A stretch of 64,000 nucleotides of DNA from Eledone cirrhosa (lineage: Eukaryota): positions 23,746,001-23,810,000 of the forward strand of contig OZ024749.1 of the NCBI GenBank assembly GCA_964016885.1, given 5' to 3'. The notes under the pieces are model-generated. The model was not told where the DNA came from, ran no database searches, and saw only the letters and a list, made by a program, of their open reading frames with translations. Shown in pieces: positions 62,041 to 64,000 of this stretch. Within the stretch, counting starts at the first letter, position 1. Each line of letters starts with the position of its first letter. The position numbers and the translations under genes were made by a program.

Positions 62041-62658
62041 TTATTGAGTACAACACTGTTCAATGTAAAGAGGGAGAGAGAGTGAGAAACATATATAAAT
62101 ATAAACCCCCCATAACCACACACTGCATATGTATGTATATATATGTATGTCTAGTACTCATCTTTTTCCATTTATCTGAGGGTTGTAAACCCCATTATCA
62201 GGATAAAATTTCTTTAGTCAAAAATACGATGAAAGCTATTCTATTTTCTAATTTCAAACTTGCTCACTGTTTCAAAACATACTTACTTGTCATATATATA
62301 TATGCTATGACTGAATTTTAACCACCAACACAGTCAAGGTATGTCAGACATCAATTTATTTTATCTGATGAGGACATACTGTTGAAATAGCTCAGTACCT
62401 CTGATATATGTATAATAAAATATATTTGATCACATGAATGTCTATATTTATTAATATTTTGAAGTAATATATATATATATAAACTTGTTTATAGAATTCT
62501 TTCTGCCTTTGTTACTCTAAAAATAAACTATAGCTTTGAAAAATTAGCTTTTAATGAATTCCCTTTTCTATGAACCAATGACCTACACCCATCCCACTCC
62601 CTACCCTCTCCTACCACCTGAAGAGACCTATAAATACCATAGTTATTTTTTGATACCC

Positions 62659-62709
62659 AGATTCCTGATGATTTCTAAAGAATTTAACAGTTCTAGTCCT
62701 GTAGAATCT
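62659..62709 (+). ncRNA. Family A hammerhead (GAAA decayed) with a compensatory change in helix I
   Basis: agattc-CTGATGA-tttctaaagaat-TTAAC-agttctagtcct-GTA-gaatct. Confidence 0.6.
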
Positions 62710-62713
62710 CATC

Positions 62714-62755
<42 letters not shown>

Positions 62756-63007
62756 GTAGGAGGTGAGTTTTATTGTAGTACAATAAAGCAATGCAGATAT
62801 CGTGTAAGAAGCACTCTACAGTTTGTAGGACTGGAGTATACATAATATATAAGAACAAAAGATGGTTAAAAGAGTTCCATGTATTTTATTATGCGCATTT
62901 CAAAAACAAATATCATCATGCAATAATATTTGTGTTTTCATCAGATAAAATAGGAAGACATGATATGAAGGTTAAAAAACACTTGTGGATATGTTGATTT
63001 AAAACTG
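62756..63007 (-). mobile_element. Family B element; hammerhead at 62882-62952
   Basis: Homologous to 52637-52890. Confidence 0.85.
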
Positions 63008-63009
63008 TA

Positions 63010-63620
63010 TACCCATGCTAGCACATATCTAGGTTTTGTCTTAGTAACTTTGTAAATTTTTATAATTTTCTTATTTTACGTCTTTCATATAATTGTTCTG
63101 CATCCCCTTGCATTGAACCACAAAGCTACTAAGACAAAACCTATATATTTGCTAGCATGGATATACATATGTATATATATGTTGGTAGATATACTATTTC
63201 TTTATAATTATCTCCAAATTATTTTGTTGAGAAAAATTTGCCAAAACTACTGCTATGCTTCATAGTAATAGCCAGGCTACTGTCTTATTAGCACCCCAAC
63301 TCCTCACTGATTGACCTCGATGTCACGTGATTGATTCTTTTGAATTCGCCACCGACTAAGTAGGCAGTGATTTTTTCAATGTTCTGTAATTTAGTCCTCG
63401 CTTGCTTTTTTCCATCCACTGAATTATTTTTGTACAAGTTCCCTGTGTCCACGCATTGCCTGGGACTTAGCTGAGAACAGATCTCCCTGATGACGAAAGG
63501 ATATTTCTCCATGTTGTTCCAATCGGAAACCATGTTTATTCCATTTCAGAAACTAATTAGTTGGAGTGAAATTTTAGTAAGTAAGTAAAAATTTATAATT
63601 TTCTTATTTTACGTCTTATA
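63010..63620 (+). mobile_element. Family E element with an inverted 5' piece and a partial tandem
   Basis: Reverse complement of the 35742-36478 unit. 63015-63055 is inverted at 63120-63158. Confidence 0.8.
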
Positions 63621-63710
63621 TATATATATATGTATGTATTTATGTATATATGTATTTATATATATGTATATATATAAATGTACTGATATATATATATATA
63701 TATGTGTGTG

Positions 63711-63784
<74 letters not shown>

Positions 63785-64000
63785 AATGAAAAATGGCGAG
63801 CTGTGTTATTGTGAATGGGATACATATGAATAAAAATTAGAAAGAGAAGCCAGGACTATCCATCATCAGTGATCTACTAGCCATCATATGTATTTCCTCG
63901 CATTAAAGATCAGATACCTCAGGCTAGCGCGAACAATAACTAAAATAACTTATTGGGATAAAAAGAATTGGGTGGTGAAAGAGAGACAGGTAAACAAACA

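Overview
Animal, AT-rich, microsatellite-saturated non-genic (intronic or intergenic) DNA. The abundant tRNA-derived SINE resembles octopus SINEs, so a cephalopod origin is likely (inference). I found no intact host gene; nearly all ORF-track entries are (TA)n/(CA)n artefacts. Autonomous-type relics: a near full-length frameshifted Tx1/L1-type LINE (24.8-30.8 kb), an RT-deleted RTE LINE (38.6-41.3 kb) and smaller RTE fragments, plus about 18 SINE copies. The most striking signal is the short (0.1-1 kb) islands sitting between (TA)n tracts. They belong to at least 8 sequence-distinct families, and most carry a minimal type-I hammerhead ribozyme (CUGAUGA..GAAA..NUH, often with a palindromic helix III). 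About 25 intact, partial or degenerate copies are visible by eye. Many islands are fold-back (inverted) or partial-tandem structures typical of Penelope-like retroelement termini. Several families also share a covarying bulged hairpin (RCTC-stem-2-nt bulge-GAGY) 25-55 nt 3' of the predicted cleavage site. No Penelope RT or GIY-YIG ORF is visible in the window. Coordinates were read by eye and may be off by a few bases.
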